From positions 32,001 to 96,000 of the forward strand of contig JAVLKG010000010.1 in NCBI GenBank assembly GCA_032128875.1: a stretch of 64,000 nucleotides of DNA. The letters run 5' to 3'. Positions 39,446-50,501 of this stretch are shown one piece after another. The stretch is from Candidatus Melainabacteria bacterium 17Bon1m. Its GTDB lineage: Bacteria > Cyanobacteriota > Vampirovibrionia > Obscuribacterales > Obscuribacteraceae. A model generated the notes under the pieces. It was not told the DNA's origin. It was given only the letters and a program-made list of their open reading frames with translations, and made no database searches. The position numbers and the translations under genes are program-made. How positions within the stretch are numbered: position 1 is the first letter of the stretch; every line of letters starts with the position of its first letter.

Positions 39446-41358
39446 GATACAGGCGAACCGTCCGATTGTTCTTCAATTATCGAATCGCTCTTAAGTGACA
39501 AGGTGATTTTCTTTGTCAAATCCGCGCTTATCGAAAGTTGGCGGATAATCTTAGCTTCGTAAGAACCATCCAGTGGCGGCGCGAATCGGAAGATGTAGAC
39601 GCCGGAAGGCAAAGTCAATCGGCATACTCCGTCATCAGGAGTGACGTAATATCCACGTGGCATCCCTGATTGATCGAACTGCTGGCGCTCGTATTCATGT
39701 ACATCATCGTCATCATCAGACAACTCTGTTTCGTCATTGCCATACGGCACATAAGAAACGCGGCACCGCGGGACTGCATATCCGTCTTCACCTTGCACTT
39801 CAAAGCGAACCTGGCACCAACCATGCCACGTTATATCCACATTGACGGGTTCGCTGGCTATCTCCACCATGCGAGCGTTGACAACGTCTTTGTGAACCAC
39901 CAGCCAATAGCTGCCGGGCGACAGGAATATGCAATACCTTCCATCACCGTCAGTGATACCACTGGCCAGAGCGCGGGATCGATCGGCGTCCAACTGTTTT
40001 TCAGAGTCTGAATAAACACTTACTCTTACGCCTGGTCGCGCCTGTCCTTTCTCGTCTGAAACCCGACCATGCAAGGCGGTTCCATTCTGAATCTTTACTG
40101 CCACATGTGTGTCGCCGCCTACCACAATCATGCGAGTCCATGGCGCCAAACCATTATGCTCCTGATCATTGATGATAACGGTAGGTGCATCTTTCGGGTG
40201 AGCCGTGACCACAAGTTTGTAATTGCCACCGGGTACGGCAGCAGAGAATTGCCCTTGCGCGTCTGTTCTAGCTAGAAATTCAGTCTTTCTATCAGCAGCG
40301 CGAATACGAACGAGCGCTTGCGAAATCGGCTCGTCTTCGTACATTACTTGTCCTCTCAGACGGTGACCTTCTGAGACGGTAAACTTCTGAAAAACGCTCT
40401 CGCCGACGGTGAGACCAGTCTCCTTTGTAGAAAAAAACATAGTGCCATTATCGGGTGCGATGGAGACATCGTAGTGACCTGGCGAAACCATCGCTCTGAA
40501 TCGTCCCAGCGAATCGGTAAGGCAAGTACCTGTCAGATCGAGTTCTTGTGCAAGTACTTTGTCTTTAAAATCCATCGACGCGCGAGACGGTCCGACAGAA
40601 ACATGAGCACCTGCAACCGGCTGTCCAAAAATATCGTGCACTTCGCCATCGAGCGGAACAAGCGGGGGAAGGACGAGATCTAATTCATCGTCATTACTGA
40701 AGACCATAACTTGAACAGTCGTGCTGACGAATGTATGGGACGGATCAGTATTCATCGGAACAGCAAAAGATTCTTGCAATTCGTCGATATTATCGACATC
40801 GTCCTCTAGCTCAAGCTCAATCTCGTCTTCGCTAACAACATCGCCTTTTGCCGCACGAGCAGCAACGTGATATTTTCCGCGCGGCAGTACAAGACTATAA
40901 TTGCCCTCTTCATCTGTTTTGGCTGCAGCTTTATAAGAAGACGGTTCGATACCGAGAGCAACAACTTCGCAACGTCGTACCGGTTCGCCAGTGTGAGCCG
41001 TGACTGTGCCTGTGAGAATGCAACCGGTAGTTAGATTGATATTGCAGTTGGTGTTGCTCATAACACGAGCTTCGTTGATCGACTGCTTCAAAAATCTAGT
41101 GGATGAGTCTGGGCTGACTTCCAGCCTGTACAGCCCGGAGCGCACAGCAAAACTAAATTCGCCGCGTGTGCCAGTCCTCTGCTCGGAAACTGGAGCTTCG
41201 CCGCCATTGCCGTTTCCCGAGTTTTGCTGATAGACATCGTAGACATGAACCAGCACGTTTTGCACCGGCAAACCCTGGTGGCGTATGTGTCCAGCCAGAT
41301 TGAATGTCACTTCGGATGATGCCAAGAGAACCTCATTTTCTGCGCGAACTCTGACCAA
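39442..41358 (-). CDS. Protein built of repeated carboxypeptidase-regulatory-like (transthyretin-fold) domains
   Basis: Repeated G.V….G.PV…V and TD..G.F/Y…L.PG.Y.L motifs. Confidence 0.75.
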   Translation of the reverse strand: MVRVRAENEVLLASSEVTFNLAGHIRHQGLPVQNVLVHVYDVYQQNSGNGNGGEAPVSEQRTGTRGEFSFAVRSGLYRLEVSPDSSTRFLKQSINEARVMSNTNCNINLTTGCILTGTVTAHTGEPVRRCEVVALGIEPSSYKAAAKTDEEGNYSLVLPRGKYHVAARAAKGDVVSEDEIELELEDDVDNIDELQESFAVPMNTDPSHTFVSTTVQVMVFSNDDELDLVLPPLVPLDGEVHDIFGQPVAGAHVSVGPSRASMDFKDKVLAQELDLTGTCLTDSLGRFRAMVSPGHYDVSIAPDNGTMFFSTKETGLTVGESVFQKFTVSEGHRLRGQVMYEDEPISQALVRIRAADRKTEFLARTDAQGQFSAAVPGGNYKLVVTAHPKDAPTVIINDQEHNGLAPWTRMIVVGGDTHVAVKIQNGTALHGRVSDEKGQARPGVRVSVYSDSEKQLDADRSRALASGITDGDGRYCIFLSPGSYWLVVHKDVVNARMVEIASEPVNVDITWHGWCQVRFEVQGEDGYAVPRCRVSYVPYGNDETELSDDDDDVHEYERQQFDQSGMPRGYYVTPDDGVCRLTLPSGVYIFRFAPPLDGSYEAKIIRQLSISADLTKKITLSLKSDSIIEEQSDGSPVS

Positions 41359-41497
41359 TGCAAGATTCTACCTTGCGGATCGGATATTTGATACCCAAAG
41401 AGGGGCATCAGCGCCCAAATCTATGCGCGCCATAGCCTGTCGATACCGCCCGGACATCAATCACATATCGCCAAAAATGCTGCCGATAAAAAACTCG

Positions 41498-42919
41498 CTA
41501 AGCCTGAGCGTTGCTCAAATAGCTGTCTTCAACATACGTATAGCCGAAGTGCTGCAGGGTTTCTTTTATAGCAGCGAAAGACCCCGAGATGACTATAAAC
41601 TCATCCCTTTCCTTGCCAGCGCGTGCGGCGTCCACGGCTGCAGATATGCTTGGAAAACTCTTTCCTTCAGCGCCCATAAGCGTCAAGCAATGCAGCAAAA
41701 ATTCCTTGCTATGACTGGATCTGCGCCCCTTTGCCTCAGCAACGAATACTCTTTCGCCCTTATGCACCAAGCTGCTCAGTAGCTGTCTAACATCTTTCGT
41801 TTCAAAACTCGATATTACAAACAATGGTCGAAAACCAGGATAATTTTGATCGAGGAAAGCCCGTAAAGCCTGCGCTCCAGCCGGGTTATGCGCGCCATCC
41901 AAAAGGATGTCTTTGTTTTTCAAATACTGCAAACGTCCCGGCCAACGAACATTCTTTAACCCGGCACTCAATGTTTCCAAATCACATTTGTAAATAGCAT
42001 CAACGAGCTCTTGCGGTGCAGGTGGCGTTTTACCAAGCGCAATTTCTGAAATCGAACCGGACATTTGGACTTTGACGTCCTTATCCACAATCAAAAACTT
42101 TGCCACCGCCAACAGTGCGAGCAAACCGTTTTGAATCTGATGGTTTCCGAGCAAAGAAAGATTTTCTTTCAACAAACTCAAGAGTGGTGAAGCCGGACTG
42201 GAAGCCTCACGTTTTCCATTGATGTAGAGAACAATCTGATCATTGTTTGCCAACGAATAGACTGGAGACATTTTCTCCCGCGCAACACGTAAAACCTCAT
42301 CGAGAGCCGCGTCCTGGCACGCAGTAACAACGGAGATTCCCGGCTCGATAATGCCTGCTTTTTCAAATGCAATTTTCTCGACAGTGTCACCGAGCAAATG
42401 TGTGTGATCCAAACTGACATTTGTAATCACGGTCACAAATGGATTGGTCCGCGCGGTGGTGGCATCAAATCTTCCACCTAAGCCAACCTCGACCACTGCA
42501 ACATCGACCTTGCTCTCCGCAAAATGCATGAATGCCATGGCCGTGAGAAACTCGAACCAGGTCAGCTCGCCAACATCTTTATTTTCCTTCCCGAATTTCT
42601 CAGACAAGTCACGCAGCTTTGTCGCGATTCGCGCAAAATCTTCGTCGGTGATGGCTTTCCCGTCGACATGAAAACGCTCATTCCAACGCAAAAGATGCGG
42701 ACCAGTGAAGCGCCCGACCTTGTATCCGCGCGACCGCAAAATGCTATCCGCTATTGCTACCGTAGAACCTTTGCCGTTAGTCCCGCCAATGTGAATGCAC
42801 GGAATATCAGCCTCTTCAGACAAGTACGCTTCGATAAAGCGTTTCATTCTGTCCAAAGTCGGACGAGAGAGCGTCGGAGCAAGACTCTCCAGGTAGGTTT
42901 TTGCTTCCAGATAATTCAT
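41498..42919 (-). CDS. folC: Bifunctional folylpolyglutamate synthase/dihydrofolate synthase
   Basis: GTNGKGS, PHL..WNER, EVGLGGRFDAT, LDHT, WPGR, LDGAHN. Confidence 0.96.
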   Translation of the reverse strand: MNYLEAKTYLESLAPTLSRPTLDRMKRFIEAYLSEEADIPCIHIGGTNGKGSTVAIADSILRSRGYKVGRFTGPHLLRWNERFHVDGKAITDEDFARIATKLRDLSEKFGKENKDVGELTWFEFLTAMAFMHFAESKVDVAVVEVGLGGRFDATTARTNPFVTVITNVSLDHTHLLGDTVEKIAFEKAGIIEPGISVVTACQDAALDEVLRVAREKMSPVYSLANNDQIVLYINGKREASSPASPLLSLLKENLSLLGNHQIQNGLLALLAVAKFLIVDKDVKVQMSGSISEIALGKTPPAPQELVDAIYKCDLETLSAGLKNVRWPGRLQYLKNKDILLDGAHNPAGAQALRAFLDQNYPGFRPLFVISSFETKDVRQLLSSLVHKGERVFVAEAKGRRSSHSKEFLLHCLTLMGAEGKSFPSISAAVDAARAGKERDEFIVISGSFAAIKETLQHFGYTYVEDSYLSNAQA

Positions 42920-43020
42920 CGAAGGGCATTGTATAGGCGGGCGGGAAATTATAACCACAAATAGGGAGCCAAATGGGATGATGCTATTCTCAAACAGGCA
43001 TCCGGCAGAGAGGGAGACAA

Positions 43021-43569
43021 GTGGCGCTATTTACACGCGAACACACATATAAGACCGAGAGAATTCACGAGGGACACATCATCAATTTGCGTGTCGATTA
43101 CTTGCGCAACCCTGAAGGCAAAGAGGTTAAGCGCGAGCTGATTGAACACAACGGCGGAGTAACTATTTGCTGCAGACCTGATGAACAAACCATCGTCCTC
43201 ATTAAGCAATATCGCTATTCGGTCGATGAATTGCTCTATGAACTGCCGGCTGGGCGCATTGAGTTGGGCGAAGACTTGCTTGATGCGGCTAAACGCGAGT
43301 TGGCAGAGGAAACAGGCTATATCGCAAAAAACTGGCGGGAAATTGCCAGGGTATTTACCGCGCCAGGCTTCTGCAACGAGATGCTTTACATGTATGAAGC
43401 GACCGACGTCACCCTCACCCAACAATCTCTTGACGACGATGAAGAAGCGGAAGTAATTGTCATGCCCCTGACCGACGCCTGGCAGTTGGTATTGGAAGGT
43501 AAAGTTCGGGATTCAAAAACTGTGGCGGGATTGGGACTTTTAATCAGCGAAAATCGCCTGGCGAAGTAA
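43021..43569 (+). CDS. NUDIX hydrolase (ADP-ribose pyrophosphatase-like)
   Basis: ELPAG…AKRELAEETG Nudix box, QYRY, PGF. Confidence 0.93.
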   Translation: MALFTREHTYKTERIHEGHIINLRVDYLRNPEGKEVKRELIEHNGGVTICCRPDEQTIVLIKQYRYSVDELLYELPAGRIELGEDLLDAAKRELAEETGYIAKNWREIARVFTAPGFCNEMLYMYEATDVTLTQQSLDDDEEAEVIVMPLTDAWQLVLEGKVRDSKTVAGLGLLISENRLAK

Positions 43570-43755
43570 ACCCACATGAAAGAGCACTAATAACGAGTTG
43601 GCGAAAAGTCCTTTACCCGCCCAGTCATCAGGACTTCATTTCACTTCCGGCTTGGTATACTAAGGCGAAATTTTTGCAAAGCAGATTGAAGTAAATCCGC
43701 TTTTGAATCGCGAATCAGTAGGTCCAGAGCCTGCACCCGAGGCCAAGAGGTAGCA

Positions 43756-44004
43756 ATGACACCGAAGAAAGTTGAAAAGAATGACGGTCCCAGTCTCCCG
43801 TTGAATGCCATGTGGATTATGGGTGTACTCGGGTTTGTGGTGGTCGGCGCGAGCTTCGAGGTCATCAAATACTACCCGTTGCCTGCCAGCGTTGATCCGT
43901 ACTTCGACTGGGTCACCGGCGGTTGCTGGGGTCTCGTAGTTGGCGCAATCGCCGGACTCGTACTCGGTTACTTGACCGACGACAAATACTTCGAACAGAA
44001 GTAG
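43756..44004 (+). CDS. Small two-TM membrane protein
   Basis: GAGG RBS and two hydrophobic helices. Confidence 0.7.
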   Translation: MTPKKVEKNDGPSLPLNAMWIMGVLGFVVVGASFEVIKYYPLPASVDPYFDWVTGGCWGLVVGAIAGLVLGYLTDDKYFEQK

Positions 44005-44046
44005 TTCGTAAACGCCGTCGCGCAAAACAGCGTTGACGCATCATGT

Positions 44047-44072
44047 GTAGGGGCGATGCCATGCATCGCCCT
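44047..44072. repeat. REP-like palindrome between convergent genes
   Basis: gtaggggcgatgccatgcatcgccc. Confidence 0.8.
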
Positions 44073-44090
44073 TTTTGTTTCTGCGTGCAA

Positions 44091-45443
44091 TTAGCGCTTC
44101 AGTGATAGGAAAGAACGCTTCGGTGCCGGTAGGGAGGCGACGCCGGCTGCAAATCCTTTTGCATATGCATCGTCTAGTAGAGTCGGCAAGTATGGCTTGG
44201 CACAAAAGTCTTCGAGCGCGTCGATCCAATACTTGAGCGAATTTTCCTGCGGCAGTATCTTCGCATTTCGAATGGCGCTTTCGCAAAGGCGCACCACATC
44301 ATTCACAGCATCTTGCTTCGCATGATTTTTGCGAATGTACTCTTTTGCAGCTTTAGATATCTCGTCGCGATGAGCCTTGTCGTTGATGAGGTCGGAAACA
44401 GCCGCAACGAGCATGCGATGACATGCAGGCTCAGTCAGCACAGCATTCTCTCCATCGACCAAACACTCCCGCAATGTTCCGACAGCCGAACATACGACAA
44501 CTGCGCCCACAGACATAGCTTCCGCCACGTGATACATACATCCACAATATCTGAACGGAAAAACGGCGACGTCCGAAGAAGCAAGCAATGATGCACGTTT
44601 CTCCGCATCGAGAGCCGGAAGCCACTCGACATGCTTGTCGAGTTCGCCCAGTTGCTCCCTCAGTTTGTCTCGATATGAAACAGTCTCCCCAAACAACGGA
44701 GGCGACTCTCCTGCCATCGTAAAAAGTGCCCGTGGAAATCGTTCAACAAGAGCTGGAATTGCTTCGACCAATATATCAATGCCCTTGTAACGCTCCTGAG
44801 TTCCGATATGGACAATGTGCGGTTCGCCAGTTCTTCCATTCCACGGCTGCGGATGCTGCTGGGACTCAATCGCAGTTCTGTAGATGTCCGTTCTCTCTTC
44901 AGCAACCTCCCCAACATCAATTATGATGTTGCGCATCATTTCGCTCGGACTACCAATCACACTCATACTTCGCATCGCTGCGGTTTCCACCGCAGTGACA
45001 AGATTGGTGTCGACTGGATTAAAGCTGCCATCGAAGTTTTCGCGCATGATTTCAAACTGCGGTGTGACGCTCATCAAAGCGACCGGCAGTTTTTCAAAGC
45101 AACTCCAAAACATTCCATCGATTGCTTTCACGCATAAGACCACATCTGGTGCGTAGCCTATGACGTCATCTCGATGGGCTCTATATGTTTCATACGCACG
45201 TGAAAAAACCCAGCTGAAGACTGGTGCGCAGGCAAGCGAATGCAGGTTATTGTATCGCTCCAACTCACCCTTTCGGCAGAAAACTTTGGCATCGATGTCG
45301 TCAAAGTCTTGGTCACCAAGCGCGAAAACGACTGTTTCGTGCCCAGCTTTCTTCAAGTCAGTTACTACATGCTTGAAGAAAGACGTTGTGACAGCGTCAA
45401 GCTGATCGCCTTCGTAATAGCTAGTGATAAAAGCGACTTTCAT
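44091..45443 (-). CDS. Glycosyltransferase family 4
   Basis: GT-B pattern KGIDILVEA…EAMSVG.VVV.S.VG.L.E. Confidence 0.88.
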   Translation of the reverse strand: MKVAFITSYYEGDQLDAVTTSFFKHVVTDLKKAGHETVVFALGDQDFDDIDAKVFCRKGELERYNNLHSLACAPVFSWVFSRAYETYRAHRDDVIGYAPDVVLCVKAIDGMFWSCFEKLPVALMSVTPQFEIMRENFDGSFNPVDTNLVTAVETAAMRSMSVIGSPSEMMRNIIIDVGEVAEERTDIYRTAIESQQHPQPWNGRTGEPHIVHIGTQERYKGIDILVEAIPALVERFPRALFTMAGESPPLFGETVSYRDKLREQLGELDKHVEWLPALDAEKRASLLASSDVAVFPFRYCGCMYHVAEAMSVGAVVVCSAVGTLRECLVDGENAVLTEPACHRMLVAAVSDLINDKAHRDEISKAAKEYIRKNHAKQDAVNDVVRLCESAIRNAKILPQENSLKYWIDALEDFCAKPYLPTLLDDAYAKGFAAGVASLPAPKRSFLSLKR

Positions 45444-46324
45444 TGGCCTTGCAGAACAGACTTCACTTTATTGAAGACTCTCATCGAGAGTCTTTGGTTG
45501 AGTTGAACATTCTCGGCTGACAGCGCTGCAAAGCGCTGTTCGAGATCTTCGTGATGCGCGCTCAATTCTTTGAAGGCATCATGCAGTTGTTGATACTCAT
45601 CCACAGACTTGAAATATTTCTGCTCCATGTTTTCTAGAATCTCCGGCAAATGCTTTTCGTAAAGCGCCGGATGTTCTTTCGCAAAACTAGCTAGAGCGGC
45701 TGCACGGTTGGTCGTTGATTTGCCTCTTTCGTGTTTTCGATAGTAATAGAGTGGTTCTTCAACACGCAAAAACTTATGCCCCTGGCTCAATGCGCGCAAC
45801 CAAAACTCATCGTCATCGTGATAGACGCTCGTGTTATATCCACCTAGTTGGTCGAACATTTTACGCTGGTAGAGAAAGGTTGTCGGAGCAGGCTTGCCCG
45901 ACATGATATCTAATATGGTGCATTCCGGAACATGCACGAGATTATGGTTACCGAACAACTGTGTCTGCGTAAACACGCCGCTGTATTCGGGACTGTAAGA
46001 CGCAATGACTGTCTCTGCATAGCGAGAATCGAGTAAATCATCTGAGTCCAAAGGCAAAACAAACTCGCCCTTACCCGCTGCAATGCCAGTGTTCTTTGCC
46101 GCTGCGCTACCACCGTTTTTGTCGCGTCGAATGATCGAAAGCCTTTCACCGTGCTTTGCTGCCACGTCTTTCAGCAACTCGCGTGCATCTGCTACTGGAG
46201 AAGCATCATCTACGACAATAGTCTCGGTGTTAGCATATGACTGCCCCAGCGCGCTTTCGACAGCCAGCCGCAGGTGAGCAGTGTGGTCGTAGTACGGAAT
46301 GACAATGGTGACTAGGGGTTTCAT
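45440..46324 (-). CDS. Glycosyltransferase family 2 with a C-terminal coiled coil
   Basis: VTIVIP, VVDDAS, LDSDD. Confidence 0.92.
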   Translation of the reverse strand: MKPLVTIVIPYYDHTAHLRLAVESALGQSYANTETIVVDDASPVADARELLKDVAAKHGERLSIIRRDKNGGSAAAKNTGIAAGKGEFVLPLDSDDLLDSRYAETVIASYSPEYSGVFTQTQLFGNHNLVHVPECTILDIMSGKPAPTTFLYQRKMFDQLGGYNTSVYHDDDEFWLRALSQGHKFLRVEEPLYYYRKHERGKSTTNRAAALASFAKEHPALYEKHLPEILENMEQKYFKSVDEYQQLHDAFKELSAHHEDLEQRFAALSAENVQLNQRLSMRVFNKVKSVLQGQ

Positions 46325-46369
46325 TAGGTTTTAGACGCAGCAATTGCAACTTGTCGTCGCCAAGCTTGT

Positions 46370-47791
46370 TTATTGTTTGAGTATCGGCTTGAGGCCTTCG
46401 GTGATGATAGATGCCAGCTTGCGGTGCCCCGCCGGTGAGAAGTGCGCACTATAGTAAAGCGGACTCTTTTGCATTGGAGACAGACTGGGAAAGTGCTCAG
46501 CAGCATCGATGATGGCAATGCCTTCTTGAGCCCCCATTTTCTTGAGCGCCTTGATCTCTTTGTAGTAGAAAACCATGTTGTCCAGGGACGGCAACGTAAC
46601 GATCACCAGCTTTGAACCGGAATTGTTGCAGGCCTTATTGAGCATGCGAAACACACGACCAGTCAGATTCACATCTGCGCGTGCGGCATCATTCAACATC
46701 TTGAAGCTTTCCTGTCCACTTGCATCAGCGGCATTTACATCACCCAGACGCGGTTGAACAACAGATGTCCAAATGTCTTCATGACTAATCTGTTTGTCCA
46801 ATGCACGAGTCTCATCACAAACAGCCTTTCTCTGCGCTTCGTAGTCTCCAAGTTTTGAAAGCGGTACATTCGCCATCTCGTTCTCAATACTGCCGGAGAA
46901 TGGTGCCAAAAGAGCATTGAAGGTACTCAAATACCACTTGCTTGAGGAGCGCAACATGAAGTCGTCGGCGCACAGTGCTTGAAAGAGATGGCAATTTCGG
47001 CGCAACCATTCGCTCGCGATCATAAACTTCACGCCTTCCGTGTGCAGCCAGCCATCCATGAAGTTGTAGTCGATGGTTAGCTCGTCTTTGTTGTTGGCGG
47101 ATAGTGTAGGCGCAGGCAAAGTCACCGTGCCAAACTTAGGAAAATTCTCCGTCGAATCGAAGATGTTGTAGACAACGACTGTCACATCAGGCGAATAAGG
47201 ACGAACCCGAGTCAAGTAATTGACGAAGTACTGGACGATTCCATAGCTGGACATTCCGAAATTGATCGTTTCAAATTTCTGCTTTGGAACACTTTGTCCT
47301 GGTTGTGCTTGTTGTTGACTTTGCGCATTGAGGTTGTTTTCAACAAGTCGCACAAATGTGTCCGCGATCGGCACCTGCATCGCCTGCGTTTTCGAATCAC
47401 CAATGAAAGCAATACGAGTCACTCCGGCGGGTTTGGCTAGTTGATGTTCCACATCGCGCCAACCAGCGGACGAAATCTTTTCGCGCGCAAAACCTTCTTG
47501 GCGGAAGTCGACCCATTTGTTTTCGAGATGGCTGATGCCGAGAATCGGATCAATCTTGATGTACTCGTCATCACCTAGACCGAGGAGACCCATGGCTCCT
47601 TCTGCAACAACAAGCATTACGGCAAAGATCAATAGTATGGAAGGAACAACGAACAGTGCAGCGCGAAACCTTTGGAAATTAGTTGGACCTTGTTTGTTTG
47701 GAGACTTTGATTGAAGCACGCGTCTATCCGCGGTGCTGACGGCAACAGTCGTTGTGATTACTTCAGGATCGTAGAGGGTTGTTGGTGACAT
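46370..47791 (-). CDS. SGNH-fold O-acetyltransferase/esterase partner of the MBOAT
   Basis: TM anchor, FIGDS, NFGMSSYG, AHFSPAGH. Confidence 0.75.
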   Translation of the reverse strand: MSPTTLYDPEVITTTVAVSTADRRVLQSKSPNKQGPTNFQRFRAALFVVPSILLIFAVMLVVAEGAMGLLGLGDDEYIKIDPILGISHLENKWVDFRQEGFAREKISSAGWRDVEHQLAKPAGVTRIAFIGDSKTQAMQVPIADTFVRLVENNLNAQSQQQAQPGQSVPKQKFETINFGMSSYGIVQYFVNYLTRVRPYSPDVTVVVYNIFDSTENFPKFGTVTLPAPTLSANNKDELTIDYNFMDGWLHTEGVKFMIASEWLRRNCHLFQALCADDFMLRSSSKWYLSTFNALLAPFSGSIENEMANVPLSKLGDYEAQRKAVCDETRALDKQISHEDIWTSVVQPRLGDVNAADASGQESFKMLNDAARADVNLTGRVFRMLNKACNNSGSKLVIVTLPSLDNMVFYYKEIKALKKMGAQEGIAIIDAAEHFPSLSPMQKSPLYYSAHFSPAGHRKLASIITEGLKPILKQ

Positions 47792-47811
47792 GTTTGAACT
47801 TGCTTACGCAC

Positions 47812-49341
47812 CTAAAACTGGAAGTAGATAAAAGGCTGAGATTCACCGCGACAAATGGCTAAAAGCATTAGTCCAATGAAAAACGAGATACCTATGTTTG
47901 CCATCGCAGGCAGTGGCACGGTCGCGGGAGCAGATAGCGATTTCAAGTCTAAACCAGGAACAAGATGCGATCCTGCGTCGCCCAAGGTCGATGTCTTTTC
48001 TAGCCGTTTTATAAGAGCGCCGCTAGCAAGAATCAAGAGATAGACACAAATTGCAGCGGGCACTGGTGAGTTGAAGAACGAGTGCGCAACTGCGCAATCT
48101 ATTTGTGCAGTCCGCAGTGAGAACATTGCACCGAAAACACCAATCGCCTCAGGCAGGGTTTTTGCGCGGAAAAGAACCCAGCCGCAAAGCACAGTAACGA
48201 TGGTTATTACATGGGCAACTGCCATGCCAACCAACGAATTAGCAGCTCGTGAAAGCGCTGGTGCTTTCGCTAGCTGCTTGTCCCACGCTCTATTGACTGC
48301 TAATCCCACTCCGTGGAAAAGTCCCCACAGGACGAACGTCCATGAAGCTCCGTGCCACAGGCCGCCAAGCAACATAGTCGTGATCAGATTGGCAGATGTC
48401 TGCGCTTCTTTGCCGCGCGAGCCACCCAGAGGAATAAAGAGATAATCGCGCAACCATGTGGACAAACTCATGTGCCAACGGTGCCAGAACTCACGAAGAC
48501 TGGAGGCAATGTACGGCATGTTGAAGTTTTCCGGCAAAGAATAACCCAAGAGCTTCGCCGAACCTCTGCCGATATCTGTGTAGCCGGAGAAGTCATAGTA
48601 AATTTGAAATGCAAAAGCGGCGATACAGAGCCAACCTTCAAACGTTCCCATGAGATTGGGATTATCAAAGCCGGCTTTAACAATCGGCGCAAGATTGTCT
48701 CCCAGTGCGGTTTTCTTGAACAAACCTTGAACAATGAGAAATAGACCTGATGCAAATTGCTCGAAGGTAACTTCAGGCTTTTCATCGAGCTGTTTATCAA
48801 AATCTTGGTAGCGCTTGATTGGACCGGCAATCTGCGACGGGAAGAAGGACGCAAACAAGGCAAAGCGCAAGGGATTCTTTACAGGCTTGCTTCCTTTATA
48901 TATGTCTACAAGGTAATGAATAAACTCGAAGACAAAAAAGGAAATGCCGAGAGGAAGAATGATTGGTAGGTCTGAGATGCCGGTACCTTTGTCCAGCGGA
49001 AAAGCAAGAAAACGCCCCAGCCAGGCGCAAGACGTGTTAATCGAATCGAGAATAAAGTTGGTGTACTTGTAGAGCGCCAACGTAGAAAGGTTGAGGGCTA
49101 TCCCGGCGATCAATATCAGCCGGCGCGTTGCATGCTGCTCGAACCGACCGACAAGCAGCCCCAGCACATAATTGGCGACAGTCAGGCCCAGGAGCAAAAG
49201 CCCGTAGACCTTGAAGGAGTACATGTAAAAGAAGTAGCTAGCCGCAATGAGCAATACCGGCTTCACCTGACGTGGAACGAGCCAGTAGGCAAGAACCACC
49301 ACGGGCAGAAAGACCAGGTATTCGAAGCTATTGAATAACAA
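47812..49341 (-). CDS. MBOAT-family O-acyltransferase (AlgI/PatA-like)
   Basis: MLFNS, LPLGISFF, QIYYDFSGY, FWHRWHMSLS, GLWHGA. Confidence 0.95.
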   Translation of the reverse strand: MLFNSFEYLVFLPVVVLAYWLVPRQVKPVLLIAASYFFYMYSFKVYGLLLLGLTVANYVLGLLVGRFEQHATRRLILIAGIALNLSTLALYKYTNFILDSINTSCAWLGRFLAFPLDKGTGISDLPIILPLGISFFVFEFIHYLVDIYKGSKPVKNPLRFALFASFFPSQIAGPIKRYQDFDKQLDEKPEVTFEQFASGLFLIVQGLFKKTALGDNLAPIVKAGFDNPNLMGTFEGWLCIAAFAFQIYYDFSGYTDIGRGSAKLLGYSLPENFNMPYIASSLREFWHRWHMSLSTWLRDYLFIPLGGSRGKEAQTSANLITTMLLGGLWHGASWTFVLWGLFHGVGLAVNRAWDKQLAKAPALSRAANSLVGMAVAHVITIVTVLCGWVLFRAKTLPEAIGVFGAMFSLRTAQIDCAVAHSFFNSPVPAAICVYLLILASGALIKRLEKTSTLGDAGSHLVPGLDLKSLSAPATVPLPAMANIGISFFIGLMLLAICRGESQPFIYFQF

Positions 49342-49751
49342 AGCGAGGCAGCTCCAAAATCTCGCCGGCCCGAAGCCTTGAAAGGGCTGTATGCCCCATA
49401 TGGCGAGACTTACAGAGTTTACAAGATAGTAAGTCTTGTTCCATGACTACCCTCTCAGGTTGGGCACCCGTACATAAAGCGTTTCTAACAAACCTGAGAG
49501 AAATCGCAGCGAGATATGCAGCCTATTTCGATCGCAGACAAAATCAGTTCTTAATCGATATGCAATCGATAGAATTCTCGCAGTATTCTCGATCATCGTT
49601 GCCGCACGGAATGATCCGGCGCTTGTTAACGAAACCAAGCCACCAAAAGTGGCACCAAAAGCAACGCGATCGAATATCAAGTAATACATCCTTAAATGAC
49701 TACTGGGGTACTTCCGCGCATATTCCAATTTCCAGAATGCGCGATAAACTA

Positions 49752-49966
49752 AATGCATAACCGGTGAGCAATCACTCGAACGAGTTGAGAGCTTTGAGCC
49801 GAGGGGCCCTGTGGAAACATCAGGTTGGCGCTAACCAGATACGGTAGCAAGGGACCCGCATCACATGAAGGACTGACTGAAGTGTGGTGAAATACTGAGC
49901 CCAACGCAAGGGGCAGTCAGGCAGTAGCATGAAGACCGTCGCAGAGCAATCTGGACGGTCTTTTTG
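49752..49966 (+). ncRNA. Unassigned structured RNA, copy 1 (riboswitch-like leader or sRNA) ending in an intrinsic terminator
   Basis: About 90% identical by eye to 52036-52250, with compensatory changes, GNRA loops and an upstream TAAACT. Confidence 0.75.
49932..49966 (+). terminator. Intrinsic terminator of RNA copy 1
   Basis: aagaccgtc…gacggtctt followed by a U-tract. Confidence 0.8.
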
Positions 49967-50086
49967 TTGCGCTAAAATGCAAGCGTAATTGATGTTTCGA
50001 CCAGAGATTTTTTGATGTTTCAACCCGAGATACTTTGAACTTTCGTCAAAGACTCATCGGATAAATCCGCAGGAGATTCACTAAAT

Positions 50087-50416
50087 ATGCCGGTTTTCCC
50101 TGTCCAATTTTTACAACGCATGCGCAACGCTGGACTAGGTGTTTATAGCGAAGCACCGAGCAAAGAAGTCGATGGCGTTGGTCCGCGTGTGACTGCGGTT
50201 GATGGCGATTACAAGGTGTATCTGTACGGTGCAAAGGACAAATGGGTTGTAGAAGCAATATTCTCACCCGAAGAAAAAAGCCCATGCGACTTTCATGCAG
50301 TTTTTGACACTCCAGCCGACGCGGTGGCTGACGCCATCGCATATTTCAAGAAAGATGAGCGCTGGCAAGCAACGAAGGACTTTATGGAAAGCACTGGCAA
50401 AAAACCTCAGCCTTAG
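50087..50416 (+). CDS. Hypothetical protein
   Basis: AGGAG RBS and protein-like composition. Confidence 0.75.
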   Translation: MPVFPVQFLQRMRNAGLGVYSEAPSKEVDGVGPRVTAVDGDYKVYLYGAKDKWVVEAIFSPEEKSPCDFHAVFDTPADAVADAIAYFKKDERWQATKDFMESTGKKPQP

Positions 50417-50501
50417 GCGTTTCCAAACCAGTTTACGCATTTGAGAAATTCAATACAGCCGACATATCAAACGGCTATAATCCGCATATCCCCGCTTATC
50501 A

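Noticed and set aside
49650-49662. Sigma-54 promoter at TGGCAC (also 51945)
   Set aside because: The GG-to-GC spacing is 8 nt rather than the required 10.
49443-49760. Two antiparallel ~105-aa ORFs upstream of RNA copy 1
   Set aside because: No recognisable motif, and the homologous region before copy 2 does not preserve either frame.
49800-49860. Assignment of the duplicated RNA to c-di-GMP-I or Moco riboswitches
   Set aside because: Only the generic GAAA tetraloop/receptor-like motif is shared. The family-specific segments (GGCAAA/GCAAA, or GCCUCC…GAAAGG) are absent.
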